From: Patescibacteria group bacterium
GTDB lineage: Bacteria; Patescibacteriota; Microgenomatia; UBA8517; UBA10165
Direction of reading: 5' to 3'
Assembly: GCA_038062025.1 (NCBI GenBank)
Contig: JBBTXW010000006.1
Location: 1-49,593, forward strand
DNA length: 49,593 nucleotides
The notes under the pieces were generated by a model that did no database searches, was not told where the DNA came from, and was given only the letters and a program-made list of their open reading frames with translations. The translations under genes were made by a program, and so were the position numbers. Of the stretch, positions 1 through 8,749 are shown one piece after another (position 1 is the first letter of the stretch; the number at the start of each line of letters is the position of its first letter).

Positions 1-65
1 CGGGCAACGGCAGTTTTTCTTCGGCCGACTGTATGGATGTAGTCTTTTTGTTTTTTTCTAGCCAT
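1..65 (-). CDS. rpsI: 30S ribosomal protein S9, N-terminal fragment (gene runs off the window)
   Basis: My translation from ATG (65..63) gives MARKKQKDYIHTVGRRKTAVAR, the conserved S9 N-terminus. The ATG overlaps the rplM stop (ATGGCTAG). Fits rplM-rpsI synteny. Confidence 0.85.
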   Translation of the reverse strand, partial: MARKKQKDYIHTVGRRKTAVA

Positions 66-483
66 TGTTCTTTATTTTGTCGGCATACGGATGCTGATCG
101 CTTGCGTATATTTTTAATCTTGCCATGCGTTTTGCCTGCAGCCTATTTTTGGGAAGCATTCTTTTTACTGCCAACTCAATAAGTCTTGTTGGGTTTGTCG
201 CACGAACTTGTGCCACACTTCTAGCCTTTAACCCTCCCGGGTAACCTGAATGCGAATAATATATCTTATCTTTTTCTTTCTTTCCGGTTACACGTACCTT
301 TCCGGCATTGATAACAACAACATAATCACCCTCATCTGCCTGCGGAGCGTATGTTTTTTTGTTTTTACCCATTAATTTTTGGGCAATGTCTGTTGAAACG
401 CGTCCAAGCACTTTACCTTCAACATCTACCAAGTGCCATTCTCTTTTTGGATTATTTCCCCTGGGTTGATATGACTTAAACAT
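58..483 (-). CDS. rplM: 50S ribosomal protein L13
   Basis: MFKSYQPRGNNPKREWHLVDVEGKVLGRVST... is L13-like. Start moved to the ATG at 483; the track ORF extends upstream to 546. rpsI follows. Confidence 0.93.
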   Translation of the reverse strand: MFKSYQPRGNNPKREWHLVDVEGKVLGRVSTDIAQKLMGKNKKTYAPQADEGDYVVVINAGKVRVTGKKEKDKIYYSHSGYPGGLKARSVAQVRATNPTRLIELAVKRMLPKNRLQAKRMARLKIYASDQHPYADKIKNNG

Positions 484-886
484 TTGTTTTTGCTTCTTTG
501 GGCTTTTTGGGTTTTGAAGTCGCTCGGACAGCGGGAAGTTTAGCAAGAAGCTCTAAACGTATACGAGGAGACATGTCGCCGGCGCGGGATCCTAGGCGAA
601 TTGTTCTTGTTGCTGATTGCCCTTTTTCCAAGGATTTTCCAAGAATGACCACTTTTTTTGCTTGGGGTTTGTTAATGCCCAACAATCCTGCTGATCTTCG
701 AAGGTCAAGCTCTTCATTTTCTGAAACTCTTAAAACGCTTTGAATGAAACTTCTTACTCCTTTTGCGCGGGTTTCTGAAGTTTCGATACTGCCTTTTTCA
801 AAAAGGCTTAATGCTAGGCCGCGAAGTAGGGCTTTTTTTGCGCCTTTGGATCTTGCTAATCGGGGGTTTTTTACTCTCTTTAACAT
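476..886 (-). CDS. rplQ: 50S ribosomal protein L17
   Basis: Sits directly after rpoA. Basic L17-like N-terminus (KGAKKALLRGLALSL). AGGAGG lies 4 nt upstream of the ATG. Confidence 0.85.
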   Translation of the reverse strand: MLKRVKNPRLARSKGAKKALLRGLALSLFEKGSIETSETRAKGVRSFIQSVLRVSENEELDLRRSAGLLGINKPQAKKVVILGKSLEKGQSATRTIRLGSRAGDMSPRIRLELLAKLPAVRATSKPKKPKEAKTNV

Positions 887-890
887 CTTT

Positions 891-910
891 CCTCCTTATT
901 TTTTAGGAGG
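891..910 (-). promoter_or_regulatory. SD-sequestering hairpin between rpoA and rplQ
   Basis: Minus-strand RNA: UAA-UUGG-CCUCCU-AAAAAAUA-AGGAGG-AAAG-AUG. Confidence 0.45.
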
Positions 911-914
911 CCAA

Positions 915-1856
915 TTATTCTTGCCCCCAGGTAACTCCTTTTTCTGCTAATGCCGCTTCAATAACTTTTGCTGACTTTTCCCCAAGATTTCTAACTTTTG
1001 CCAACTCTTCGCGGCTCGCATTTAGGATGTCTTCTACTGTTTCAAAGCCAGCACCAATAAGTGCGTTTGTTATTCTGGTTGGGAGGTTTAACTCTTCTAC
1101 TGAAAGTTTGCTTGTTGTATTTCCTGTGCGAACTTTTGTTCCGTCTTGAGGAACTTCTTTCTTTGCTGGCGAGACAACGGATTGAAGATATTGAATTAAA
1201 ATTTCGGCTGCTCTTTTGAGGGACTCTTTAGGTTCAATTGCCCCATCAGTCCAGAGTTCTAGGGTTAATTTGTCATAGTTTGTTAAGCGTCCAACACGGG
1301 TTTCTTCAACTTTAACGTTTACTCTTTTTACTGGAGAAAAGTCTGCATCAAGAGGAATAAGCCCTACTGTTCCTGTTTTTCTGTCTTCTGCTGGTGAGTA
1401 ACCAACTCCGGTTTCGACTTGGAGTTCAACATCAATTTTTGATTTGTCATCAGCAAGATTTGCCAAGACTAAATCAGGATTTGCAATCGTTACTCCTGGA
1501 GGGGTTTTTATATCTCCTGCTGTAACGGGCCCCTTTCCGCGAGCTGTGAGGGTAAGCCTTACTGGCTTGTCGCCCTCGTAAGCAATTCTTACCTTTTTAA
1601 GGTTTAGGAGAAGGTCAACACCGTCTTCTTTAACGCCTTTGACTGCTGAAAATTGATGTTTAAGGCCTGAGATTCTTGCTTGGGTTATGGCGCTTCCTTG
1701 AAGCCCAGTTAAAAGAACACGGCGCAAAGCTGTGCCTAGTGTATGGCCGTAGCCGCGCTCTAGAGGTTCAATTACGAACTGCCCGTAATCTGCTCTTGTT
1801 TCTTTGGTTTCTATTTGGAATGGCTGCATGTTTTGTAAAAAAAGCACGGCGTTCAC
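915..1856 (-). CDS. rpoA: DNA-directed RNA polymerase alpha subunit
   Basis: Has EPLERGYGHTLGTALRRVLL (N-terminal domain) and a C-terminal domain (LNLPTRITNALIGAG). Track start is GTG at 1856; an alternative ATG lies at 1829. Confidence 0.93.
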   Translation of the reverse strand: MNAVLFLQNMQPFQIETKETRADYGQFVIEPLERGYGHTLGTALRRVLLTGLQGSAITQARISGLKHQFSAVKGVKEDGVDLLLNLKKVRIAYEGDKPVRLTLTARGKGPVTAGDIKTPPGVTIANPDLVLANLADDKSKIDVELQVETGVGYSPAEDRKTGTVGLIPLDADFSPVKRVNVKVEETRVGRLTNYDKLTLELWTDGAIEPKESLKRAAEILIQYLQSVVSPAKKEVPQDGTKVRTGNTTSKLSVEELNLPTRITNALIGAGFETVEDILNASREELAKVRNLGEKSAKVIEAALAEKGVTWGQE

Positions 1857-1877
1857 CGTGACTATAGTATTATACGC

Positions 1878-2456
1878 CTACCTTGAATAGAATTCAATAA
1901 TCTCCTGTTCTGAGAAGGGCTCTTGGACATCTTCACGGCTCGGAAGCCTTTTTACCTTGCCCAATACAGCCTCTCTTTCAAGCCAGGGTGTAACTTCTGC
2001 GTTCTTGCCAAGGGATTTTTTAACTTCAGGGATATTTTGGCTCTTTGTATCGAGTACAACAACATCTCCAACTTTTACCATGTATGAGGGGATATTGACT
2101 GGCTTGTCGTTTACTAAAATGTGTTTGTGGGAGACAAGCTGTCTTGCTGCCGGGCGGGATGGGGCAAATCCAAGCCTATAAACAACGTTATCCAGCCTTC
2201 TTTCAAGAAGTTGGGTCAAATTTTTTTCCTTTTGGCTTTTGTCGACGTAAGTCTTAAATTGCTTCTCAGTTACTCCGTAAATTCTTTTTGCTTTTTGTTT
2301 TTCTCTTAATTGTTTTGCGTATTCTGAAACTTTTCCTGTTCCTTTTGGTCCATGAACCCCCGGTGGGATATTAAGCCTTCTGAAAGATTGACCTTTTCCA
2401 AAAAGGTCTACTCCTTCTCTTCTTGATAGTCTGTCTTTTGGTCCGGTATATCTCAT
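1878..2456 (-). CDS. rpsD: 30S ribosomal protein S4
   Basis: MRYTGPKDRLSRREG... and an S4 RNA-binding domain (ARQLVSHKHILVN). Alpha-operon synteny. Confidence 0.95.
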   Translation of the reverse strand: MRYTGPKDRLSRREGVDLFGKGQSFRRLNIPPGVHGPKGTGKVSEYAKQLREKQKAKRIYGVTEKQFKTYVDKSQKEKNLTQLLERRLDNVVYRLGFAPSRPAARQLVSHKHILVNDKPVNIPSYMVKVGDVVVLDTKSQNIPEVKKSLGKNAEVTPWLEREAVLGKVKRLPSREDVQEPFSEQEIIEFYSR

Positions 2457-2538
2457 ATAGAGTAAAAGAGTTAAAGAGTAAAAGAGCGAGAGTATTTAAC
2501 CTTTACTCTCCTGTTCTCTTGCCCTCTTGCTCTTATTA
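2457..2538. repeat. Low-complexity palindromic spacer element (family A, copy 1) between rpsK and rpsD
   Basis: A purine-rich arm (gagtaaaagag units) faces a pyrimidine-rich arm. atagagtaaaagagttaaagagt (2457..2479) recurs reverse-complemented at 8538..8560. Confidence 0.7.
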
Positions 2539-2934
2539 TCATGCTCTCCTTTTCTTTTTTGCCCTTGGGCCGTTGTAGGGCATGGGTGTGACGTCTGCGA
2601 TCATATTCATCCTTATTCCTGCGCTTTTTATCGCACGAAGGGCTGCGTCTCGCCCAGGGCCTGGGCCTTTTATAAACACATCAACATCTTTCATCTGGAA
2701 ATCATTTTTCGCTTTTTTTATTGCAGACTCAACTGCTGAGGTTGCAGCAAAAGGAGTAGCTTTTCTAGTCCCTTTAAAGCCGGATTTGCCTGAAGACCCA
2801 AAAGCCAAAGAGTTACCATTTTCGTCTGTTATGGTAATGATTGTATTGTTAAAAGTTGCAGTAACGTAAACCTTTCCGTTTGGATAAGCGGTGGGTGTTT
2901 TTGGTTTTTTTGTTTCTTTATTTTTTGCAGCCAT
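2539..2934 (-). CDS. rpsK: 30S ribosomal protein S11
   Basis: GKVYVTATFNNTIITITDENGN...GFKGTRKATPFAA is S11-like. Synteny supports it. Confidence 0.95.
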   Translation of the reverse strand: MAAKNKETKKPKTPTAYPNGKVYVTATFNNTIITITDENGNSLAFGSSGKSGFKGTRKATPFAATSAVESAIKKAKNDFQMKDVDVFIKGPGPGRDAALRAIKSAGIRMNMIADVTPMPYNGPRAKKKRRA

Positions 2935-2957
2935 TTTAAAAGCTTTCTTTCTACAGT

Positions 2958-3368
2958 CTATTTGCCACCCGCTGGTTTAGCGGGGCTCATCTTTGCGAGG
3001 GCTTCTTTTTTGAATGCTCCGACTGTCTTTCTTTTACCTTTTTTGGTTCGACCGTTTGTTTTTGTTCTTTGTCCTCGAACGGGAAGATTTTTTAAATGGC
3101 GAATGCCTTTATATGTACCAATGTCTTTTAGTCTTTGAACGTTTTGACGAATCTCTCGGCGAAGATCTCCTTCTACTGTATAGTCTTCAATTGCTTTTGT
3201 GACCTTTGCAAGTTCCGAATCTGAAAGGTCTTTGGTTCTTTTGTCTTTTGATACACCTGATTTTTCTAGAATATCCTCAGCACGTCTCCAACCAATTCCA
3301 TAAATTAAGGTAAGGGCGTAATCTATTTTTTTGTTTTCTGGTAAATCGACTCCTGCAATTCTTGCCAT
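2958..3368 (-). CDS. rpsM: 30S ribosomal protein S13
   Basis: [26 protein letters not shown]... is S13-like. Synteny supports it. Confidence 0.95.
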   Translation of the reverse strand: MARIAGVDLPENKKIDYALTLIYGIGWRRAEDILEKSGVSKDKRTKDLSDSELAKVTKAIEDYTVEGDLRREIRQNVQRLKDIGTYKGIRHLKNLPVRGQRTKTNGRTKKGKRKTVGAFKKEALAKMSPAKPAGGK

Positions 3369-3369
3369 A

Positions 3370-3483
3370 TTATCCTTGTCTTTGCTTATGTTTAGGGTTT
3401 TTGCAAACCACGAAAAGAACGCCTCGGCGTTTGACGAGTTTGCAGTCTTTGCATATTTCTTTTACAGATGCTCGTACCTTCAT
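3370..3483 (-). CDS. rpmJ: 50S ribosomal protein L36 (zinc type)
   Basis: Absent from the ORF track because it is under 60 aa. My translation gives [37 protein letters not shown]. The ATG overlaps the infA stop by 1 nt (TAATG). Confidence 0.9.
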   Translation of the reverse strand: MKVRASVKEICKDCKLVKRRGVLFVVCKNPKHKQRQG

Positions 3484-3704
3484 TACTTTTCTCTCCACAC
3501 TATTCTTCCGCGTGCATCATCATACGGCGTCATTTCAACAACAACCTTGTCGCCTGGCAGAATCCGTATAAAGTGTCTTCGCATCTTCCCAGCAACTGTT
3601 GCTGTTACTATACGACCATCCTCAAGCTCTATCCGAAACATTGTGTTCGGAAGAGATTCAAGAACCTTGCCCGACACTTCTTGGTTTTTTTGTTGATCTT
3701 CCAC
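3483..3704 (-). CDS. infA: Translation initiation factor IF-1
   Basis: [43 protein letters not shown] is the IF-1 S1-fold. Confidence 0.93.
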   Translation of the reverse strand: MEDQQKNQEVSGKVLESLPNTMFRIELEDGRIVTATVAGKMRRHFIRILPGDKVVVEMTPYDDARGRIVWREK

Positions 3705-3790
3705 AATACTTTAACTATTTAAGAACACGAAATGGTCCCTTAATCACTCGAGCTTAAGGACCTGCCTCGCTTGCAGAACCTTGAGCTTTA

Positions 3791-4564
3791 CTAATCGTAA
3801 AGCTTGAAACCCGGGGAGCTTAGGACCAGAGGTTCTCCATCAGTTATTGCAATGGTTTCCTCAAATAGTGCTGCTATTTTACCATCTTGGGTTTTAATTG
3901 TCCAACCATCATCACCCGATAGTACAAGCTCGGGCGAGCCTTGGGCATAGATGACTTCTATTGCCAAAGTCGCACCCTCGGGAATCACAGGAGATCTTTT
4001 TTCGTCCCCCACCCAGTAACAGGGAATTTGGGGATCTTCATGAAGGTTTTTACCAACCCCATGGCCTGTTAAATCACGAACTGGTGCGTATCCCTTTTTT
4101 GTCAGGGTTTCTTCTAAAACCCGAGATATGTGGGCAACACGATTTCCAGAAATTGCTTGATTTATGGAATTTTTTAGAGCCTGCTGTCCTGTTTCTAAAA
4201 AATCCTGATCTTTTCTTGATATTTCCCCTATCCCAACAGAAAATGCTGTATCGTTGTGGAATCCTTTGTAGAAGATACCTATGTCAAGCTTGACAATATC
4301 GCCATTTTTGAAAGGGAGTTTTGTTGGAACCCCATGAACCACACCATCGTTTATGTTTATACAAGTTGCCCAACGATACTTTGGAACCATCTTAAAAGAC
4401 GGCTGACCCCCCGCTTCTAGGATTAGTTCTTCTGCCCTTTTGTCTATATCGGCTGGGATTGCCCCAGGGATCATTAATTTTTTTAACTCGTCTTTAATTT
4501 TTGAGATTTTGCGCCCACCTTCGGCCATGATCTCAATCTCTTCTTTAGATTTTATGTTGATCAT
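3791..4564 (-). CDS. map: Methionine aminopeptidase type I
   Basis: Contains VVHGVP, DIVKLDIG, GHGVG and the C-terminal FEETIAIT, all MetAP motifs. adk-map-infA synteny. Confidence 0.9.
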   Translation of the reverse strand: MINIKSKEEIEIMAEGGRKISKIKDELKKLMIPGAIPADIDKRAEELILEAGGQPSFKMVPKYRWATCININDGVVHGVPTKLPFKNGDIVKLDIGIFYKGFHNDTAFSVGIGEISRKDQDFLETGQQALKNSINQAISGNRVAHISRVLEETLTKKGYAPVRDLTGHGVGKNLHEDPQIPCYWVGDEKRSPVIPEGATLAIEVIYAQGSPELVLSGDDGWTIKTQDGKIAALFEETIAITDGEPLVLSSPGFKLYD

Positions 4565-4577
4565 CCTTCGACTCCGC

Positions 4578-5111
4578 TCAGGACAAGCTTGACCTCTTTT
4601 CTAAGTCTTGGGCAATCTCTTCGATCTGGTGCTCACCATCTATTTCTTCTAATACTCCTTTTGGGCGGTAAAACTCAAGGATTGGTTCCGTTTCTTTGTG
4701 ATAAACCTTAAGACGCTCTTTAATTGTCTCTTCGGAGTCGTCTGCACGACCTCGGGACGTTAGTCTCTTTCTTGATTCTTCATCACTCACTTTAATGTAA
4801 TAAACGCGATCTACCGGGAAAATTTCTTTTTCGGCTTGAGAGAGAGTTCTGGGGAAGCCATCAATCACAATGTTTTTGGCATCTTTATGATCATTAAGAT
4901 ATTGTTTGATTAAACTCTCTGTTATATCTTCATCAACCATTTGCCCTTTTTCCATGTCAAGTTTGATCTCTTGTGCTTCTGGGTCAGATCCTTTGGAGGC
5001 ATAGTACAAGAGGTCTCCAGTATTTAGGTGGGGAGCACCAAGATTTTGGGCAAGGAGTTGTGCTTGTGTTGTTTTGCCCGAGCCAGGAGGGCCGATTACC
5101 ACTATGTTCAT
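4578..5111 (-). CDS. adk: Adenylate kinase (short-LID form)
   Basis: P-loop GPPGSGKTTQA. Only 177 aa with a short LID segment (TSRGRADDSEE). Confidence 0.9.
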   Translation of the reverse strand: MNIVVIGPPGSGKTTQAQLLAQNLGAPHLNTGDLLYYASKGSDPEAQEIKLDMEKGQMVDEDITESLIKQYLNDHKDAKNIVIDGFPRTLSQAEKEIFPVDRVYYIKVSDEESRKRLTSRGRADDSEETIKERLKVYHKETEPILEFYRPKGVLEEIDGEHQIEEIAQDLEKRSSLS

Positions 5112-5114
5112 AAT

Positions 5115-6395
5115 TTATTGCAAGAACTTGTCGTAGTTCCGCATTACTAACTGCGCTTCAAGTTTTTTAACAGTTTCTAAAACTACTGAAACTACGATTA
5201 AAATTCCTGTTCCGCCGACTGCAAGGTTTGTTACACCAGAAATTCCCTGAACAATTGAAGGGAGAATTGCAATTAACCCCAAGAAAGTTGCGCCAACAAG
5301 AGTTATTCGCATCAAAACATAGTTTAGATATTTTGCAGTTGACTCGCCTGGTCTTATTCCAGGAATAAATCCGCCGTGTTTTTTAATTTCATCTGCAATT
5401 TTTGTGGGGTTAAAGATTACTGCAGTGTAGAAAAAGGTAAAGCCGACAACAAGCAGAAAATACATTGTTTCATAAGTTACAGATTGCGGCTGAAACCAGG
5501 AAGACAAAACGCCAGCAAGGTATGATACTTGCGGGTTTGGGACTTTGGCTAAAAACTGGCTAATCATAGTTGGGGCTAAAACTAAAGATACCGCAAAGAT
5601 TATTGGAATTACCCCGGCTTGGTTTAGGCGAAGTGGGAGATGTGAAGTTTGTGCTACAGTTCCACCTCTGACAGCACGTCTTGCATATTGGACATTGACC
5701 CTTCTTATTGCTTCATTCATAAAGACAACGCTTGCTATAACAACAACCGAGACAAGAGAAAAAATTATAACTGGAAACAGGTCTTCTGCGCCCGAAGTTA
5801 GGAAAGTTTGGCTTGCAACAACTGGGATTCTTCCGACAATTCCTGCAAAAATTAAAAGTGATATTCCATTGCCAATTCCATATTCAGTTATTAGCTCCCC
5901 AATCCAGACTGAAAACATTGTTCCTGCTGTCATTGTTGCTGCCAACACAAATAAAGAGACGGGGTTTAGGCTTTCAACAACACCTTGGCTGTTTAACAAA
6001 AAATACATTCCAACGGCCTGCATTGCAGCAAGCGGGACTGTCAGCACACGTGTATATTGATTTAATTTGGCGCGGCCGGGTTCTCCTTCTTTTTGGAGTT
6101 CTTCAAGAGCGGGAAAAACTAGGGTTAAAAGCTGGATAACTATTGAGGCATTGATGTAAGGGTTTAGTCCCAAGGCAAGAATTGAGAAGTTTGCCAAGGT
6201 TCCGCCTGAAAATACATCCAAAAGCGAAAGAAACGGACTTTGCAAGAAGAGAGTTCTTAAGGCTTGGTGGTCAACGCCGGAAGCCGGAATGTGGGCAACC
6301 AGTCTAAAAACAATAAGGAGGAATGCAGAAATTAGAAGTTTTTTTCTTAAGGGAGGTGATGACCAAAGTCGGGATAGTACGGTCTTTATATTCAT
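5115..6395 (-). CDS. secY: Preprotein translocase subunit SecY
   Basis: Multi-pass membrane protein of 426 aa. The rplO-secY-adk synteny is conserved. Confidence 0.95.
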   Translation of the reverse strand: MNIKTVLSRLWSSPPLRKKLLISAFLLIVFRLVAHIPASGVDHQALRTLFLQSPFLSLLDVFSGGTLANFSILALGLNPYINASIVIQLLTLVFPALEELQKEGEPGRAKLNQYTRVLTVPLAAMQAVGMYFLLNSQGVVESLNPVSLFVLAATMTAGTMFSVWIGELITEYGIGNGISLLIFAGIVGRIPVVASQTFLTSGAEDLFPVIIFSLVSVVVIASVVFMNEAIRRVNVQYARRAVRGGTVAQTSHLPLRLNQAGVIPIIFAVSLVLAPTMISQFLAKVPNPQVSYLAGVLSSWFQPQSVTYETMYFLLVVGFTFFYTAVIFNPTKIADEIKKHGGFIPGIRPGESTAKYLNYVLMRITLVGATFLGLIAILPSIVQGISGVTNLAVGGTGILIVVSVVLETVKKLEAQLVMRNYDKFLQ

Positions 6396-6667
6396 CCAAC
6401 CATTTTACCACTAATTGTGTCTCGGATTTTTTCTTTTCTTGATTTTTGCGGCTTGTTTTTGCCTTTTCCGCGCAAAAGAGGGAGCCTTTGGATTAAAGAC
6501 TTTTTTGTTTTTTGACCTTCAAAAAGCGGATGAATTTTCCCGCGAACTTTTTGTCCTTTTTGTCCGCGGCTTGAGGTATGACCTCCTTTTCCGCTTCCAT
6601 ATCCGCGCCCTAGTCGTTTTTTGCTGCGAGTTTTTATTTTTGGTAAAGAATTAATTTGCAGATTCAT
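6392..6667 (-). CDS. rplO: 50S ribosomal protein L15, C-terminally short (91 aa)
   Basis: KRLGRGYGSGKGGHTSSRGQKGQK...LIQRLPLLRGKG matches the L15 N-terminal extension. The ORF then ends with a 4-nt overlap onto secY. Confidence 0.8.
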   Translation of the reverse strand: MNLQINSLPKIKTRSKKRLGRGYGSGKGGHTSSRGQKGQKVRGKIHPLFEGQKTKKSLIQRLPLLRGKGKNKPQKSRKEKIRDTISGKMVG

Positions 6668-7136
6668 GTTTTTCAGATGATGTCTTATCAGATAATGAAT
6701 TTAATGCTTGTATTGCTCGCATCACTGCATAAAGATTTGTAACTTTGTTGTTGCTTCCTAAGATTTTTGCAACTATGTCACGAAGGCCTGCAGATTCAAA
6801 AACAGCTCTTAAAGGACCCCCCGCAACTATTCCCGAGCCAACTCTTGCTGGTTTAAGAAGAATTTTTGCGGCTCCGTACTTAACTCTAACTTCGTAGGGA
6901 ATGGTTGTGCCTTTTTTAGGAATCGTTAGCATGTTTTTCTTTGCTTGTGTAATTGCTTTTCTTATACCTGAGACAACGTTTGGAGCCTTGCCCATACCAA
7001 CCCCAACTTTCCCTTTTCTATCCCCAACAACAACGAGTGCTGAAAATCTGATTTGATTTCCACCTTTGGTTTTTTTAGAAATTCTGTTTATTTCAATTAC
7101 TGTTTCTTGAAATTCACTTTGCGATCTTGGATCCAT
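6651..7136 (-). CDS. rpsE: 30S ribosomal protein S5
   Basis: Start set at MDPRSQSEFQETVIEINRISKKTKGG... The track's 17-aa N-terminal extension only translates the spacer hairpin. Confidence 0.92.
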   Translation of the reverse strand: MDPRSQSEFQETVIEINRISKKTKGGNQIRFSALVVVGDRKGKVGVGMGKAPNVVSGIRKAITQAKKNMLTIPKKGTTIPYEVRVKYGAAKILLKPARVGSGIVAGGPLRAVFESAGLRDIVAKILGSNNKVTNLYAVMRAIQALNSLSDKTSSEKHESAN

Positions 7137-7211
7137 AATTTGGTGATTAGTGATTAGTGATGAGTGATTAGTGGGTGAAATTTCCAATCACCCGTCACTT
7201 GTCACTCGTCA
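7137..7211. repeat. Low-complexity hairpin spacer (gtgattag units) between rplR and rpsE
   Basis: gtgattagtgattagtgatgagtgattagtgggtga / tcacccgtcacttgtcactcgtcacta. Confidence 0.6.
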
Positions 7212-7535
7212 CTAAAAAGAGAGCTCCTTTCTTGCGCCTTCTGCCAATGCTTTTATTTTCCCATGATACTTTTTTGAGCCTCTATCAAAGACAACCTCTT
7301 TCAATTTTGCAGCTTTTGCATATTGACCTAAAATTTCTCCAACCTTTTGGGCAACATCAACGCTTTTGCCCGAAATTCCGGTATCTTTATCACTTGCTGA
7401 AACTAATGTTTTTCCGGTTTTGTCATCGATTATTTGAGCATATATGTGAGTATTTGAAACGAACACAGAAAGTCTTGGCCTGTTTTTACCAAGCTTTGCA
7501 CGAGTTCTTCTTGCCCTAATTTTTGTGTTTTTCAT
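7212..7535 (-). CDS. rplR: 50S ribosomal protein L18
   Basis: [20 protein letters not shown]...[20 protein letters not shown] is L18-like. Confidence 0.92.
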   Translation of the reverse strand: MKNTKIRARRTRAKLGKNRPRLSVFVSNTHIYAQIIDDKTGKTLVSASDKDTGISGKSVDVAQKVGEILGQYAKAAKLKEVVFDRGSKKYHGKIKALAEGARKELSF

Positions 7536-7544
7536 TTTGTTTCC

Positions 7545-8093
7545 TTACACCTTTGCACCAACTTTAGCCGATTTTCCAGCTTTTCTTCTGATGTATTCTC
7601 CGAGATATCTAACACCCTTTCCTTGATATGGCTCTGGTGGTCGGGCTGCGCGAATATTTGCTGCAATTTGTCCTATTAGGTGTTTATCATACCCGGAAAC
7701 AGTTACTTTATTTTCCTCAACTGTAAAACTTATTCCTTCGGGCGGATTGAATTTAACTGGATGTGAGTAGCCAAGTGTCAAGACAAGGGATTTTCCTTCA
7801 AGTCTTGCTCGGTATCCAGTTCCAATCAACTCTAAAGTTTTTTTCCAACCATCGTTTACGCCCTGAACTCCGTTTGACAAAAGCCTTGCAAACGTTCCAT
7901 AAAGTTTTTGGGCTGCCCTGGTATTTGATACCTTTTTAACTTGGAGTTGGCCATTTTTTATTTCAACTTCAAGTTCTGGCGGAACAACAAAAGTCTTCTC
8001 GCCTTTTAGGCCTGAGATTTTTACTAAACGAGCCTCCATTGTAACTTTCACAGTTTCCGGGGCTTGAATTGGTTTTTTGCCGATACGACTCAT
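7545..8093 (-). CDS. rplF: 50S ribosomal protein L6
   Basis: Start set at MSRIGKKPIQAPETVKV (ATG at 8093). Has the duplicated L6 domain. Confidence 0.93.
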   Translation of the reverse strand: MSRIGKKPIQAPETVKVTMEARLVKISGLKGEKTFVVPPELEVEIKNGQLQVKKVSNTRAAQKLYGTFARLLSNGVQGVNDGWKKTLELIGTGYRARLEGKSLVLTLGYSHPVKFNPPEGISFTVEENKVTVSGYDKHLIGQIAANIRAARPPEPYQGKGVRYLGEYIRRKAGKSAKVGAKV

Positions 8094-8098
8094 TGTTG

Positions 8099-8479
8099 TT
8101 ACCAAACTAGGGCGAGTACTTCTCCCCCAAGTTTTTCTTTCCATGCCTTTCTGTTTGACATTACACCTTTTGGTGTCGAAACAATTGATATTCCAACTCC
8201 GCCTAAAGGACGAGGAAGTTCGTTCTTTTTTCTATAGATTCTTAAGCCCGGTTTTGAAACATTTTTTATTCCTGTGATTCGCGGCTGTCGTCTTTTGAAA
8301 GTTAAGACAATTTGCAAATTTCTGCCCTCTTTTTTGAAGCTTTCAACATAACCTTCTTCTTTTAAAACCCGTATAACCTCTTTTTTAAGGCGAGAATGTG
8401 GCACAGAAAGTTCGGCGGTTTTTATTGAAACCGCATTTCTAATTCTTGTTAATAAGTCGCCGACTGGATCAGTAATCAT
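8099..8479 (-). CDS. rpsH: 30S ribosomal protein S8
   Basis: MITDPVGDLLTRIRNA... is the S8 N-terminus. Confidence 0.95.
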   Translation of the reverse strand: MITDPVGDLLTRIRNAVSIKTAELSVPHSRLKKEVIRVLKEEGYVESFKKEGRNLQIVLTFKRRQPRITGIKNVSKPGLRIYRKKNELPRPLGGVGISIVSTPKGVMSNRKAWKEKLGGEVLALVW

Positions 8480-8563
8480 ATTTTGTTAGAGCAGGAGAGC
8501 CAGAGAGTAGAAGAGTGTAAATTACTCTTGCTCTTCCACTCTTTAACTCTTTTACTCTATTTT
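8480..8563. repeat. Low-complexity palindromic spacer element (family A, copy 2, inverted) between rpsN and rpsH
   Basis: Its reverse complement aligns with 2457..2538 over most of its length, including an exact 23-mer. Confidence 0.7.
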
Positions 8564-8749
8564 CTACCATGATGCTTTTCTAATTCCTGGGATTTCTCCT
8601 TTTGCTGCGAGTTCTCGAAAACATAGTCTGCAAATTCCAAAGCGCCTTATAAAAGCACGTGGACGGCCACAACGCGCACATCGGTTGTGGTAGCGTGTTT
8701 TAAACTTTAGATCTTTTGTTTCTCTTGCAATTTTTGATTTCTTAGCCAT
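8564..8749 (-). CDS. rpsN: 30S ribosomal protein S14 type Z (zinc)
   Basis: 61 aa with CxxC...CxxC (CARCGRP...CRLCFRE). Confidence 0.93.
   Translation of the reverse strand: MAKKSKIARETKDLKFKTRYHNRCARCGRPRAFIRRFGICRLCFRELAAKGEIPGIRKASW

Noticed and set aside
7137-7187. N-terminal extensions proposed by the ORF track for S5, L6, EF-Tu, RuvX, L13, L4, MazE-like, MNT and UDG
   Set aside because: The extensions translate spacer hairpins or promoter DNA. Conserved family N-termini begin at internal ATGs, several of which sit in overlap or -10 contexts.
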